Below, piece after piece: positions 62,529-64,000 of a DNA stretch of 64,000 bases. Both the position numbers and the translations under genes were made by a program. The first letter of the stretch is position 1; each line of letters starts with the position of its first letter. The notes under the pieces are model-generated. The model saw only the letters and a list, made by a program, of their open reading frames with translations, did no database searches and had not been told where the DNA came from. This stretch comes from Octopus bimaculoides (lineage: Eukaryota): the NCBI RefSeq assembly GCF_001194135.2, contig NC_068989.1, positions 15,498,104 through 15,562,103 on the forward strand, read 5' to 3'.

Positions 62529-62740
62529 AAGCAGCGAGCTGGCAGTTGTTACTGCGCCGGGAAAAATGCTTAGCGGCATTTCTTCCAGCTTTCAGTTCTG
62601 AGTTCAAATGCCGCCGAGGTTGTCTTTGTCTTTCATTCTTTCGGGGTTGATAAAATAAGTACCAGTTGAATACTGGAGTCGATGTCATCGAGTTATCTCC
62701 TTCCCCCAAATTGCTGACCTTGTGTCAAAATTTGAAATGA
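62529..62740 (+). mobile_element. SINE family B copy
   Basis: AAGCAGCGAGCTGGCAG...CTTGTGTCAAAATTTGAAAT. Confidence 0.88.
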
Positions 62741-63029
62741 ATAATTATGGATTGCTATATTATTTTAGTTAATTAATCTTTTGTGCACACATTATTTTCT
62801 TCGAAACAAACAGCGTACGTAGATAAAATGCATAACTGTAAGAGAAGAGTGTTGGCAAGTAAATGATGAAGTTTTTACAGTCTGTGGAATAAGTGTTTCT
62901 CGAATCTTGAGAATCCGTGTATGATCACCAATTCAGTTACTTCAGATTGAAATTAAACTGCTGCTTATAACTGTGTTTGTTATATGTGGCGACTCGAAAT
63001 TTAACTGTTTTTGACAAAACTTAAAAACT

Positions 63030-64000
63030 TCCGGTTTTCACAGAGTCCATTTTGGCGATTTCTGCAGAGAAATTACCCATCCGTTGCTCCATTCAGTATC
63101 GCTTATCTCTCCTTCGAGGACCACCAGTTGATTAAAGACGAAATTAATAATTTGTCGGCTGAGAGAATAATTACATTTCAAAGTCATTGTAGCGCAAGAA
63201 ATGCCTAATGGTTTACAACACATTTACTATCATTAGATAAATACAGCTAGATGCATTTCCTTTCACACTCATTAATAATGTTTTGAATCAAATTGAGAGG
63301 ATTCGTCATGTCATTACCGTTGACCTAGGTTCAACAGATCATCAAATGCTCTTGTTTACTCAACAACGACATTTCTCAAGTTTCGTAGGCTAAATATTGA
63401 AGGGTTACTGATTATGCAATTGCCATTTGGTACCATAAATGAGGTGCCTATTTTTAACAGAAAACTGGGAAGAATTCTTAAAGACTTTTAAAGAGGTGGC
63501 TAATTACTTTGAGGATATGAGGAAATGACCCCTGGTGATGATTTTAAAAATTTGAAAATTCAGTCAGCAATTTAAATTGTAAATTTAAATAGCTCAGTCA
63601 GCTATTTAAATTGTAAATTCAAGGTTACATCTTTTGATAACGAAAACACTGCTAGATTCTGGTAGATTCTGACAGTCTGCGGCCTCTACTTAGGCTTCCT
63701 GATCCCAGGAAATTCCAGTGTTTTATGTTTGAGCATAACTGACAAAATGGATGAAAAGTTTTCCTAATATTACTACAAAATTATTTGAGACTAAACTATA
63801 TCAATGTTTTCCATTATTGGCTGAATTTCTCGAAGCAATCTAAAATCTAAAGGACAGTGTTGTAACTGCTCCTGGTTGGGCTACCCGTGCTGGACGGCTC
63901 AAATGATAGAAGCCAGACTAATAAGCACCACCAATTCCCAGGTAAAAATGGGTTTTCGTAAAGTCGACTCTCCTATTTAGAAAAAGTAGTTACAGAAGCA
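63030..64000 (+). pseudogene. Decayed Ty3/gypsy LTR-retrotransposon pol (RT and connection), runs off the window end
   Basis: SFEDHQLIKDEINNLSAERII; xQLDAFP; VDLGSTDHQ (cf. IDLKSAYHQ); QLPFGTIN (cf. MPFGLxN); VANYFEDM (cf. YLDD); NLKDSVVTAP. Confidence 0.7.

Overview
AT-rich, microsatellite-dense animal genomic DNA with nine N-gaps. I found no host protein-coding exon that I can support, so the window is probably intergenic or deep intronic. It is mostly decayed transposable elements. There are at least four tRNA-type SINE families (my labels A, B, C, F), which resemble from memory the octopus OK/OR-type SINEs, so a coleoid cephalopod (probably Octopus) origin is an inference. Retroelement remnants include several decayed R4/Dong-clade LINEs with restriction-like endonuclease, Tx1/L1 and CR1-like LINE pieces, a Penelope-like GIY-YIG fragment and a Ty3/gypsy pol remnant. 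DNA-transposon remnants include hAT and mariner pieces and several MITE/foldback palindromes. There is also one 5S rRNA-derived copy. Almost all ORFs in the supplied track are microsatellite, gap or SINE artefacts. The most interesting signals are: (1) repeated use of (TAA)n/(ATT)n microsatellites as landing sites by a Dong-like LINE, a SINE and a Tx1 element, including nesting in each other's tails; (2) a twin-priming-type inversion in a Penelope-like element; (3) hammerhead-like motifs with a variant core; (4) a 5S copy with paired stem changes directly upstream of a tRNA-SINE; (5) many local inverted repeats able to form dsRNA. All family assignments come from manual translation and motif recall, not database searches.
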